A stretch of 64,000 nt of DNA from Chthoniobacteraceae bacterium (lineage in GTDB: Bacteria > Verrucomicrobiota > Verrucomicrobiia > Chthoniobacterales > Chthoniobacteraceae), in the NCBI GenBank assembly GCA_040081625.1, contig JBEBGD010000015.1, positions 1 through 64,000 of the forward strand. Direction: 5' to 3'. The translations under genes and the position numbers were made by a program. Below the pieces are notes generated by a model. That model was not told where the DNA came from, made no database searches, and was given only the letters and a program-made list of their open reading frames with translations. Below, in pieces: positions 20,148-28,970 of the stretch (positions are counted from its first letter, which is position 1; each line of letters opens with the position of its first letter).

Positions 20148-21203
20148 TTGGCCGCCTTGATCTCGAGCGCGAAGGGCGGGCGGTGGGCGCTGATCGCCGC
20201 GGCTTTTCTCGCTCGTGCAACGGCCCAGGACGCGCCCGCCTCGGTCGCCGAGAGCCTTGCTCTCGAAGTGCGCACCGTCTTCGAGAGCGCGCGCAAGGCC
20301 GTCGTGCGCATCGAGGCCACCGATCAACGCGGCCCGCTGAGCGGCACCGGCTTTTTTGTCGATCCGTCGGGGACCATTTTTACCAGCTACACGATCGGCG
20401 GCGAGAGCACCGATATCCTGGTATATTGCGGCACTCAAAAGTTTCCCGCGCGCCGATTGCTCGCTGATCCGCGCAGCGGCGTCGCCGTGCTCAAGGTCGA
20501 TGCTGAGACGCCGTTTATCACTCTCAGCGATAGCCGCGCGCTGGCCGTCGGCGCGCCGATGGTCATCGTCGGCTACCCCATGGATCTGCCCGCGTCGCCG
20601 AGCTTCGGCTGCGTCTCGGGCTTCGACATCAAATACCTCGACCGCTATTTCGCCACGCGGCACATTCGCGCGAATGTGCCCGTGCAGCGCGGCCAGGGCG
20701 GCGCGCCGTTGCTGAATATGCGCGGAGAAGCCGTCGGCATCCTGATCTCCGGACTCGACCAGGGCAGCGCGTGTTTCAGCCTGCCGATCGAAGCCGCGCA
20801 AAAGGTTCAGAAGGATTTCGTGCGATTCGGCGAGCTTCGCCCCGGCTGGCTCGGCGTCGGCGTCGAAACCGCGCAGACCGCGCTCGCCGGCTCGACTGCC
20901 GAGATCAATGCGCTCAACCTCGGCGCGCCCGGCGAGAAAGCCGGCCTGCGCTCGGGCGACGTGTTACTCGAGCTCGGCACGCGCAAGATCGCCAGCCCCG
21001 AGGACGTGCTCGACGCCTCGTTTTTCATCGCCGCCGAGGACGAGGTGAAGGTGCGCGTCGTTCGCGGCGGCAAGACCATCGAGTTCACCGTCACGGCCGC
21101 CGACCGCCCGAACACTAGCGTGCGAACCGCGGGCGATATTCCCTCCTTTGCACCGGCGGGCGGCGCGGATCTACGAGGTCCGGCGCTGGATCTGGATCGT
21201 TAA
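20148..21203 (+). CDS. HtrA-like trypsin+PDZ protein, catalytic triad apparently absent
   Basis: AVVRI, SGTGFFV, PLLNMRGEAVGI, WLGV, AGLRSGDV (PDZ); TTG start uncertain. Confidence 0.8.
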   Translation: MAALISSAKGGRWALIAAAFLARATAQDAPASVAESLALEVRTVFESARKAVVRIEATDQRGPLSGTGFFVDPSGTIFTSYTIGGESTDILVYCGTQKFPARRLLADPRSGVAVLKVDAETPFITLSDSRALAVGAPMVIVGYPMDLPASPSFGCVSGFDIKYLDRYFATRHIRANVPVQRGQGGAPLLNMRGEAVGILISGLDQGSACFSLPIEAAQKVQKDFVRFGELRPGWLGVGVETAQTALAGSTAEINALNLGAPGEKAGLRSGDVLLELGTRKIASPEDVLDASFFIAAEDEVKVRVVRGGKTIEFTVTAADRPNTSVRTAGDIPSFAPAGGADLRGPALDLDR

Positions 21204-21220
21204 AGGCACACGCAGTCCGG

Positions 21221-21988
21221 GTGAAGCTCATCTCCTGGAACGTCAATGGCATCCGCGCGGCGTTGAAGCGCGACTTCCTCGATTTCCTCGTCGCGGAAGC
21301 GCCGGACATCCTGTGCATCCAGGAAACCAAGGCTGCGTCGCACGACGTGCAGACCGAGTGGCCGCGTGGCTACCGCGCATTTTGGAATGCCGCGGATAAA
21401 AAGGGCTACTCCGGCGTGCTCACGCTCACACGCCACGAGCCGCTCAGCGTCACGTGCGGCATCGGTGTCGCGGAGCACGATCGCGAAGGCCGGGTGCTCA
21501 CGACCGAGTTCGACGACTTTTTCCTGGTGAACGTCTATGTGCCGAACTCGCAGCGCGAACTCGGGCGCCTGCCGTATCGGCTGGAGTGGGACCGCGCCTT
21601 CCTCGCCTACCTGCGCGTTCTCGAGACGCGCAAGCCGGTCATCTTCTGCGGCGACTTGAATGTCGCACACGCCGAGATCGACCTCGCGCGACCCAAGGAC
21701 AACGTGAAGAACCACGGCTTCACGCCGGAGGAGCGCGCCGGCTTTGGCGCGATCATCGACGCGGGTTTCGTGGACACGTTCCGCGAGTTTGAAAAGGCGG
21801 GTGGCCACTACACGTGGTGGAGCCAGATGAATAACGCGCGCACCCGCAATATCGGCTGGCGCATCGACTACTTCCTCATCTCCGGCGCGCTGCGCCCCCG
21901 GCTCAAGGCGGCACGGATTCTTCCCGACGTGACCGGCTCGGACCACTGTCCCGTGGTGCTCGAGCTCAAGCGCACCAAGAGCCGATAG
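21221..21988 (+). CDS. xth: Exodeoxyribonuclease III
   Basis: SWNVNG, QETK, GDLNVAH, GWRIDYF, SDHCPV. Confidence 0.95.
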   Translation: MKLISWNVNGIRAALKRDFLDFLVAEAPDILCIQETKAASHDVQTEWPRGYRAFWNAADKKGYSGVLTLTRHEPLSVTCGIGVAEHDREGRVLTTEFDDFFLVNVYVPNSQRELGRLPYRLEWDRAFLAYLRVLETRKPVIFCGDLNVAHAEIDLARPKDNVKNHGFTPEERAGFGAIIDAGFVDTFREFEKAGGHYTWWSQMNNARTRNIGWRIDYFLISGALRPRLKAARILPDVTGSDHCPVVLELKRTKSR

Positions 21989-22077
21989 CCAACGCAGCGC
22001 GGAGATGATACGTGGAAAGCCGCCCGCCCGCGCGAGCGGCAGCGGGCACCCTCGAAACCCTCACCACCTCGCGGCAC

Positions 22078-23580
22078 ATGCTGGACTTTTTTCGGCTCCT
22101 TTTCGACACGACCGACTTTCCGCAACGATGGCACTGCGGCGGTTGGTCTCCGGCGCACGGCTGGCTGCACATCGTTTCCGATACGCTCATCTTCGGCGCC
22201 TACGCAGCCATCCCGGGCGCGATCGCGTTCTTCGCGATGCGCCGCCGGCAGGACATCGTCTTTCCAAAGCTCTGGTGGCTTTTCGCGGCGTTCATCTTCT
22301 CCTGCGGGTTTGGGCATCTCATCGAAGCCACGCTGTTCTGGCAGCCGTGGTATCGGCTCTCGGGCTCGGTCAAGGCGATCACCGCCATCGTCTCGTGGGC
22401 CACGGTCCTCTCGCTCGTGCGCTACCTGCCGGATGCCCTGTCCGTTCCGGGAGCGGCGCAGCTCAACGCCAAGCTCCAGCGCGAGATCGACGAGCGCCGC
22501 CGCGCCGAGGAGCAGGTCCGCCACCTCAATGCGGCGCTCGAGTCCCGCGTGCAGGAACTCGAGACGCTGCTTGAAGTGCTTCCCATCGGCATCGGCATCG
22601 CCAAGGATTCGCAGTGCCGCGATATCCGCACGAACAAGGCGTTCTCGGAAATCCTCGGCATCGTCCCCGGCCGGAATGCCTCGCTCAGCGCGCCGCCCGC
22701 GGAGGCGCCGCGCGAATTCAAAGTCATGCGTGAAGGCCGCGAACTGACCCCGGACGAACTGCCCATCCAGCGCGCGGCGAGCGAAGGCGTCATCATCCGC
22801 AACTTCGAGGAGAGAATCGAGCGCGTCGATGGAAGCCGCATCGACCTGCTCTGCCACGCCGCGCCCATCCGTAGCCAGGATGGCTCGTGCCGCGGTGCAG
22901 TCGGCGTTTTCGTGGACATCACCGAGCGCAAAGCAGCCGAGGAAAAGCTCAAGGCTTCGCTCGAGGAGAAGAAGGTGCTGCTGCACGAGATTCATCACCG
23001 GGTGAAGAACAACCTCCAGTTCATCATCAGCCTCCTGCGGCTCCAAGGCGGCGAATCGAGCGACCCCGCGCTGCGTGAGATGCTCGATGAAACGCGCAGC
23101 CGCGTCCACGCGATGGCGCTCGTCCACGAGAAGCTCTATCGCGCCGACGACCTATCGCGGCTCGACTACGGCAGCTATCTGCGCGAGCTCATCGCCGCGC
23201 TCGCGCGCGGAATGCGCGAACGCGTCGCGAAGGTCGAGTTCGCCATCAGCTCCGAAGCCGTCGGCCTGCAGGCCAGCGCCGCTGTCCCCGTCGGCCTCGT
23301 GGTCAATGAACTCGTCTCCAACAGCCTCAAGCACGCCTTCCGCGACGGTCGCGACGGTCGCATCGAGGTCAACCTCCGCGGCTCGCCGGAGCATGGCTAC
23401 GCCCTCGCGGTGCGCGACAATGGCGTCGGCGCGCCCGGCGAGTTCGACCCCGCCGCCACGCGCTCGATGGGCTGGCGGCTGGTCGAGATGCTCGTGCGCC
23501 AGCTCGACGGCACCATCGCCATGACGCGCGAAGGCGGAACGGAGTTTGCCATTCACTTCTGGCCGCGCCACGAATCCTGA
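22078..23580 (+). CDS. Sensor histidine kinase: ETR1-like ethylene-binding TM domain, PAS, HisKA_2/HATPase
   Basis: SDTLIFGAYAAIP, FIFSCGFGH, KAITAIVS; EIHHRVKNNLQ; NELVSNSLKHAF; DNGVG. Confidence 0.88.
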   Translation: MLDFFRLLFDTTDFPQRWHCGGWSPAHGWLHIVSDTLIFGAYAAIPGAIAFFAMRRRQDIVFPKLWWLFAAFIFSCGFGHLIEATLFWQPWYRLSGSVKAITAIVSWATVLSLVRYLPDALSVPGAAQLNAKLQREIDERRRAEEQVRHLNAALESRVQELETLLEVLPIGIGIAKDSQCRDIRTNKAFSEILGIVPGRNASLSAPPAEAPREFKVMREGRELTPDELPIQRAASEGVIIRNFEERIERVDGSRIDLLCHAAPIRSQDGSCRGAVGVFVDITERKAAEEKLKASLEEKKVLLHEIHHRVKNNLQFIISLLRLQGGESSDPALREMLDETRSRVHAMALVHEKLYRADDLSRLDYGSYLRELIAALARGMRERVAKVEFAISSEAVGLQASAAVPVGLVVNELVSNSLKHAFRDGRDGRIEVNLRGSPEHGYALAVRDNGVGAPGEFDPAATRSMGWRLVEMLVRQLDGTIAMTREGGTEFAIHFWPRHES

Positions 23581-23584
23581 CGCC

Positions 23585-25519
23585 ATGCCTCGCGGACGCA
23601 TCCTGATCACCGAAGACGAAGCCGTCGTGGCGGAGGACCTGCGCGTGACGCTCACCGGGCTCGGCTACGAAGTGGCTGGGATCGCCAGCTCGAAGGCCGA
23701 TGCCCTCGCACTGACCGAGCGCACGCGGCCCGACCTCGTCCTGATGGACATCAAACTCAAGGGCGACGGCGACGGCATCGGTGCCGCCGCCGAGATCAAC
23801 GAGCGCCATCGCATCCCCATCGTCTTCCTCACCGCGCACGCCGACGGCGCGACGCTGGCCCGCGCAAAGGACGCGCTGCCTTTCGGCTACCTCGTGAAGC
23901 CCTTCGACGAGCAGAGCCTCCACGCTAGCATCGAGACCGCGCTGCGCCTGCATGAGGCGCAGACCGCCTTGAGCCGTGTCGAGCACTGGCTGACCACCAC
24001 GCTGTGCAGCATCGGCGACGCCGTCGTCTCGGTCGATGCCGCCAGCCGCATCACTTTCCTCAATCCCAGCGCCGAGCAACTCACCGGCTGGACGAGCAGC
24101 GACGCGATCGGGCAGCCCTTCGAGAAAGTCGTGCGCCTCATCGACGAAAAAACCCGCGAGCCGCTGGCAGCTCTGGCGGAGCGCGCGATGACCCTCGGCG
24201 CGCGACTCAACCTCGCCGCCGGCGCACTCCTCGTCGCGCGCGATGGCCGCGAAATGCCCATCGACGACAGCGCCGCGCCACTGCGCGAACACGACGGACG
24301 CGTCTCAGGTGCAGTCTTTGTCTTTCGCGACATCAGCCAGGCGCGGCAGCAGGCGCAGGAGCGCGAACACATGCAGCGGCGCATCCAGGAAGCCCAGCGG
24401 CTCGAAAGTCTCGGCCTCGTCGCCGGCGGCGTGGCTCACGACTTCAACAACCTGCTCACCGCCATCCTCGGCAACTCCCAGCTCGCCCGGGGGATCCTTC
24501 CGCTCGATTCGCAAGCCGCGCCCTTCCTCCACGGCATCGACGAGGCTTCGCAGCGCGCCGCGCAATTGTGCGCGCACATGCTCGCCTACGCCGGGCGGCA
24601 GGAGGCCCAGCTCGCCCCGGTCGAGCTCAACGAGATCGTCCTCTCGACCATCCAGCTCATCCGCAACTCACTCGACCCGCGCGCCGAACTCGTCCTCGAA
24701 CTGGCTCCCACCTTGCCGCGCGCCAGCGCCGATCGCACCCAGCTCCAGCAAGTCGTGGTGAACCTCATCCTCAACGCCGCCGAATCCCTCGGCGCGAAAG
24801 CCGGCATCGTCACGATCACCACCTCCGAGGCCTCGCTCGATCGCGAGACCTTGCGCGGCGCAGTGCTTGGCGAGCAATGGGAGCCCGGCAGTTTCGTGAA
24901 GCTAGACGTCGCCGACACCGGTTGCGGCATGGGCACGGAGACGCTTTCGAGAATCTTCGATCCCTTCTTCAGCACCAAGTTCACCGGCCGCGGCCTCGGC
25001 CTCGCGGCCGTCCACGGCATCGCACGATCGCACCGCGCGCCCGTCTTCGTCCGCAGCAAACCGGGCGGCGGCACACGATTCCAAATCTTCCTCCCGCTAA
25101 CCGATGAGCAGCCCGCGATGATCCCCGCCGAGCCCCGGCGCGCGCGCCTTCGCGGGGAAGGTCCCGTGCTCATCGTCGAAGACGAACCCACCGTGCTCTT
25201 CATCATCTCCCGTATCGCCCAGCGCATGGGCTTCGTGCCCATCGCCACCGACAGCGGCCAGGCCGCGCTCGATGAGATCGCATCGAGTCGCGTGAAGCCG
25301 AAGCTCGTGCTCCTTGACGCCAACATGCCCGGCATGGACGGCCTCGCGACCCTGCGAAAACTGCGCGCCTTGTTGCCCGACACTCCCGTGCTCCTCGTCT
25401 CCGCGCTCCCCGAGGACGCCGCCCGCGAGCGCTTCGCCGGCGAGCAGATCGCCGGCGTCCTGCGCAAGCCTTTCCGCCCCGATCAGCTCGAGCAAAAAAT
25501 CGCCGAAGTGCTCGCTTGA
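23585..25519 (+). CDS. Hybrid REC-PAS-HisKA-HATPase-REC kinase
   Basis: ILITEDE..LMDI..KP; GGVAHDFNNLL; DTGCGM, FFSTK, GRGLGL; C-terminal receiver. Confidence 0.92.
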   Translation: MPRGRILITEDEAVVAEDLRVTLTGLGYEVAGIASSKADALALTERTRPDLVLMDIKLKGDGDGIGAAAEINERHRIPIVFLTAHADGATLARAKDALPFGYLVKPFDEQSLHASIETALRLHEAQTALSRVEHWLTTTLCSIGDAVVSVDAASRITFLNPSAEQLTGWTSSDAIGQPFEKVVRLIDEKTREPLAALAERAMTLGARLNLAAGALLVARDGREMPIDDSAAPLREHDGRVSGAVFVFRDISQARQQAQEREHMQRRIQEAQRLESLGLVAGGVAHDFNNLLTAILGNSQLARGILPLDSQAAPFLHGIDEASQRAAQLCAHMLAYAGRQEAQLAPVELNEIVLSTIQLIRNSLDPRAELVLELAPTLPRASADRTQLQQVVVNLILNAAESLGAKAGIVTITTSEASLDRETLRGAVLGEQWEPGSFVKLDVADTGCGMGTETLSRIFDPFFSTKFTGRGLGLAAVHGIARSHRAPVFVRSKPGGGTRFQIFLPLTDEQPAMIPAEPRRARLRGEGPVLIVEDEPTVLFIISRIAQRMGFVPIATDSGQAALDEIASSRVKPKLVLLDANMPGMDGLATLRKLRALLPDTPVLLVSALPEDAARERFAGEQIAGVLRKPFRPDQLEQKIAEVLA

Positions 25520-25531
25520 TCCCGGCGCGTG

Positions 25532-26002
25532 CTAAGTCCGTTCGCCGCCGACGCGATGGCCGCGGCTCCAGCGCCGCGACACCCGGGAGCTTTCGATCTT
25601 CCACGCACGCTCCTCGCGCACGAGCGCGTAATGGACCAGCGCAATCCCGCCGTCGTGCAGGAAAAAATAGGCGGGCACCGCCGCGCGGCGGCCCTGCACC
25701 ACGACCGCGCCGAACTCCACGCGCTCGAACCGCGCGAGGTCGGGATGATCGGTGCGCACCTGCCCGGAAAATTCATCGAGGTTGAACCGCTCCTGCACCG
25801 CGAGCGACACGTGCCGGTAAGCCGCCGGATAATCCGCAGCGCGCACAGCCGCGAGCTTGTCCATCACCACGGAGTAGATCTCCTGCGGCAGCGGTGCAGG
25901 CACGCGCCGCGCCGCGGGCGAGCGGACGACGGCGGCGGCGACGCACACCGAAAAAGTGGCGCCGACGATGCCGAGTTTGATGCGCTGCCACGCGGGGCTC
26001 AT
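25532..26002 (-). CDS. DUF4864-like protein
   Basis: N-terminal TM, DYPAAYRHVS, YALVREERAWKI. Confidence 0.55.
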   Translation of the reverse strand: MSPAWQRIKLGIVGATFSVCVAAAVVRSPAARRVPAPLPQEIYSVVMDKLAAVRAADYPAAYRHVSLAVQERFNLDEFSGQVRTDHPDLARFERVEFGAVVVQGRRAAVPAYFFLHDGGIALVHYALVREERAWKIESSRVSRRWSRGHRVGGERT

Positions 26003-26322
26003 GTGGCGGAGGATGCGGCAGCCTCGACCTTTTTCAAATACGGAAAGGCGTAGAGGCCGGTGTTGTGGCCGTCGGCCCACTCGGGCTGGATCGCGTAGCC
26101 GCCGACGAAGCGCCAGCCGCGCAGGATGAAGCTCTGCCGCGTGTAACTCACCTCGGGCCGCTCGATGCGGCCGAGCACATCGGGCTCGCCGCCGCACATC
26201 GCGCACGGGCAGTGCCGGCGCAGCGACTCGATGCCGAGATACGTGGCGGTGCCATCGCTCCACGCGATGGCGAGTTCCTCGCCGACTTGCGCGACATTGG
26301 TCGGTGAAAGACGTTCGGCCAT
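25999..26322 (-). CDS. DUF971 family protein
   Basis: WSDG, LRRHCPCAMC, VGGYAI..WADGHNTGLY. Confidence 0.88.
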   Translation of the reverse strand: MAERLSPTNVAQVGEELAIAWSDGTATYLGIESLRRHCPCAMCGGEPDVLGRIERPEVSYTRQSFILRGWRFVGGYAIQPEWADGHNTGLYAFPYLKKVEAAASSAT

Positions 26323-26331
26323 GCGCTGTGG

Positions 26332-27060
26332 CTAGTCGTCGAAGCCCGCGCCGGCAACCGGTTTCCAAGTCTTCCCCGCCCGCTCGCCGAAGATCGCGGT
26401 GCCCACTCGCACGAGCGTCGCGCCTTCCTCGATGGCAACCGCGTAGTCGGCGCTCATGCCCATCGAAAGCTGCGGCAGCGGCGCGCGGAACTCGGTCGCG
26501 AGCCGGTCGCGCAACTCGCGCAGCGCGACGAAATATCTGCGCGACTCTTCCGGCTTCGGAGCGAGCGGCGGGATGCACATGAGGCCGTCGATGGTGAGGC
26601 GATCGAGCCCGAGCAATTCTTCAACCTGCCCGCGCAGCCGCTCCGGCGGGAAGCCGAACTTGGTGCTCTCGCCGGCGACGTTCACCTCGAGCAGCACACG
26701 CGGCGACGCGCCGGCTTCGCCGGCGATGCGGTTCAGGTCGCGCGCGAGTTCGAGCGAGTCGATGCCGTGGAGCAGCTCGAAGCCCAGCGCGAGCGCGTGT
26801 CGGATCTTGTTCTTCTGAAGATGCCCGATGAGATGCCAGCGGGCGCGTCCCGGCAGCAGCGGAATTTTCGCCCGCGCCTCCTGCACGCGATTCTCGCCGA
26901 AGAGCGTGTGACCGGCATCGAGCGCTTCGAGCACGGTCTCGGGCGGGTGTGTTTTGCTAACCGCGATGAGCTGGACGTCGCCCGCATCGCGACCGGCGCG
27001 CGCGGCGGCGGCGGCGATGATCTCGTGGACGGCGGCGAGGCGCTCAGCGATCCCGGGCAT
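26332..27060 (-). CDS. yggS: YggS PLP-homeostasis protein
   Basis: AVSKT, FGENRVQE, HLIGHLQKNK, LSMGMS, VRVGTAIFG. Confidence 0.95.
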   Translation of the reverse strand: MPGIAERLAAVHEIIAAAAARAGRDAGDVQLIAVSKTHPPETVLEALDAGHTLFGENRVQEARAKIPLLPGRARWHLIGHLQKNKIRHALALGFELLHGIDSLELARDLNRIAGEAGASPRVLLEVNVAGESTKFGFPPERLRGQVEELLGLDRLTIDGLMCIPPLAPKPEESRRYFVALRELRDRLATEFRAPLPQLSMGMSADYAVAIEEGATLVRVGTAIFGERAGKTWKPVAGAGFDD

Positions 27061-27063
27061 GAG

Positions 27064-27966
27064 CTAACCGGCGTCGGCCTTGCGCACGCTGACATCGAGC
27101 CCGAAGAGCCGCCAGACGGGCACTTCGTAGTAGAGCTTCAGCGAGAAGAGCACGCGATACGGGCGCGTGGGATAGTAGCCCGACACGGTGAGCAAGCCCT
27201 CGGTATTCACCCACGCCGGTCGGTCGAAGACGGGCTCGATGCCGTCGATGCCGCCGATGTCGATCTGCTGGTCGATGAAGGATCGAAACGCATACTGCAA
27301 CCGCGCGGCGCCGAGGTCGCGCTCTTTAGGCGTGAGCGCGCGGCGCATCGTGCCGGGGATCGCCGCGGGGCCTTCGCGCGTGACGAGCTGATCCTGCCAG
27401 TGCAGCGAGCATTCGTCGAAAAGGGTCGTGAAGTCTTTGCGCTGCACGGCGTCATTGAAGGCGAGGAGCGACGCGTGCGTGAGCGCCTTCACCGTGGCGG
27501 CGTCCGGCGGCGAATGTGCGCGCGTCGGGTCGCCGAAGGTCGGGTCGTGGCCAATGAGGCTGAAGGGATTCTCGACGCGACCGGTCACGGGGTGGCGGGG
27601 CGACTTGAGCGATAGGACCTTCCATTGCCCGCCCTCGTGCAGCAGCGCGACGACGAGTCGCACGGTCTGCTGCGAGGCCGTCTTGAACTCCGCGGCGACG
27701 CGGGCGACGCGGCGATCGCTGGAGTAATCGGCTGGCGCGAAAGTCGCCGTCGCGCCTGCATCAAGGCCGAACTCGATCAAGGTCGTCTTGAAGAAGTTCT
27801 CCGACTGCGGCGTCTGGAATCCAAACGTCGTGCTGGCGTAAGCGGCGGCGGCTTTGCCTTGCGCGATGAGATCGAAAAACTGTCGCGCGGCCTCGTCCGG
27901 CCCCGCCTTCTTTGAGCAGCTCGCGAGGGCCAGCGTCATCGCGAGAAACGAAGCACCGAACCTCAT
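27064..27966 (-). CDS. Hypothetical lipoprotein
   Basis: MRFGASFLAMTLALASC lipobox; ATGA overlap with nadA stop. Confidence 0.65.
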   Translation of the reverse strand: MRFGASFLAMTLALASCSKKAGPDEAARQFFDLIAQGKAAAAYASTTFGFQTPQSENFFKTTLIEFGLDAGATATFAPADYSSDRRVARVAAEFKTASQQTVRLVVALLHEGGQWKVLSLKSPRHPVTGRVENPFSLIGHDPTFGDPTRAHSPPDAATVKALTHASLLAFNDAVQRKDFTTLFDECSLHWQDQLVTREGPAAIPGTMRRALTPKERDLGAARLQYAFRSFIDQQIDIGGIDGIEPVFDRPAWVNTEGLLTVSGYYPTRPYRVLFSLKLYYEVPVWRLFGLDVSVRKADAG

Positions 27967-28901
27967 TTGCTGAGCGCGAGCATCCGGCGGATCGGCAGCT
28001 CGGCGCGCGCCCGCAACGGCTCGGGCAGCGTGATCTCCGGCGAGAGGTCGCGCAGCGCGTCGTGGAGTTTTTCGAGCGTGTTCATCTTCATGTAGCGGCA
28101 GTCGGCGCACGCGCAGTGGTCGGTCGGGCCGGGGATGAATTCCTTCCCCGGAATCTCGCGCCGGAGCCGGTGCAACATGCCGGACTCCGTGACGATGATG
28201 AACGACTTCGCCGGCGAGGATTTGCAGTAGCTGACCATCTTCTCCGTCGAGCAGACCTCGTCGGCGAGCATCCGCACCGCGTAGGTGCACTCCGGGTGCG
28301 CGACGACTGGCGCGCCGGGGTGCGCGACGTGGATGCGCTCGATCGACTGTCGGGTGAACTCGACATGGACGTAACAGTTCCCCTTCCACAACTCCATCGG
28401 CCGGCCGGTCTGTTCGATCACCCACGCGCCGAGATTCTGGTCGGGGACGAAGAGAATCTCGCGGTCGCGCGGGACGCTCTGGACGATCTTAACGGCGTTG
28501 CCGCTGGTGCAGATCACGTCGCTGACCGCCTTCACGCCGGCGGAGCAATTGATGTAGGCGACGACGTAGTAGTTCTTGTCGCTATGCGCTTCGAGGTAGG
28601 CGGCGAGCTTGTCCGCCGGGCACGAGTCGCTGAGCGAGCAGCCGGCGTCGAGGTCGGGGAGCACCACGGTCTTCGTCGGGTTCACGATCTTCGCCGTCTC
28701 GGCCATGAAGTGGACGCCGCAAAACGCAATTACGTCTGCACTCGTCTCCGCGGCCTTGTAGGAAAGGCCGAGCGAGTCGCCGACGAAATCGGCGAGCTCC
28801 TGGATTTCCTTCACCTGGTAATTGTGCGCGAGGATGACCGCGTTGCGCTCGCGCTTGAGCGCGAGAATGTCAGCGGCGAGATCGACTCCTGTCATGGGCA
28901 T
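27963..28901 (-). CDS. nadA: Quinolinate synthase
   Basis: ILAHNYQ, GDSL, CGVHFMAET, AGCSL, HPEC, CRYMK. Confidence 0.96.
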   Translation of the reverse strand: MPMTGVDLAADILALKRERNAVILAHNYQVKEIQELADFVGDSLGLSYKAAETSADVIAFCGVHFMAETAKIVNPTKTVVLPDLDAGCSLSDSCPADKLAAYLEAHSDKNYYVVAYINCSAGVKAVSDVICTSGNAVKIVQSVPRDREILFVPDQNLGAWVIEQTGRPMELWKGNCYVHVEFTRQSIERIHVAHPGAPVVAHPECTYAVRMLADEVCSTEKMVSYCKSSPAKSFIIVTESGMLHRLRREIPGKEFIPGPTDHCACADCRYMKMNTLEKLHDALRDLSPEITLPEPLRARAELPIRRMLALSK

Positions 28902-28970
28902 GCCAGACTGTGACACCGCGCGGCGTGCGGTTCACAGCGATTTTTGCGTCACTTCGGCGGTCGCCGACGG

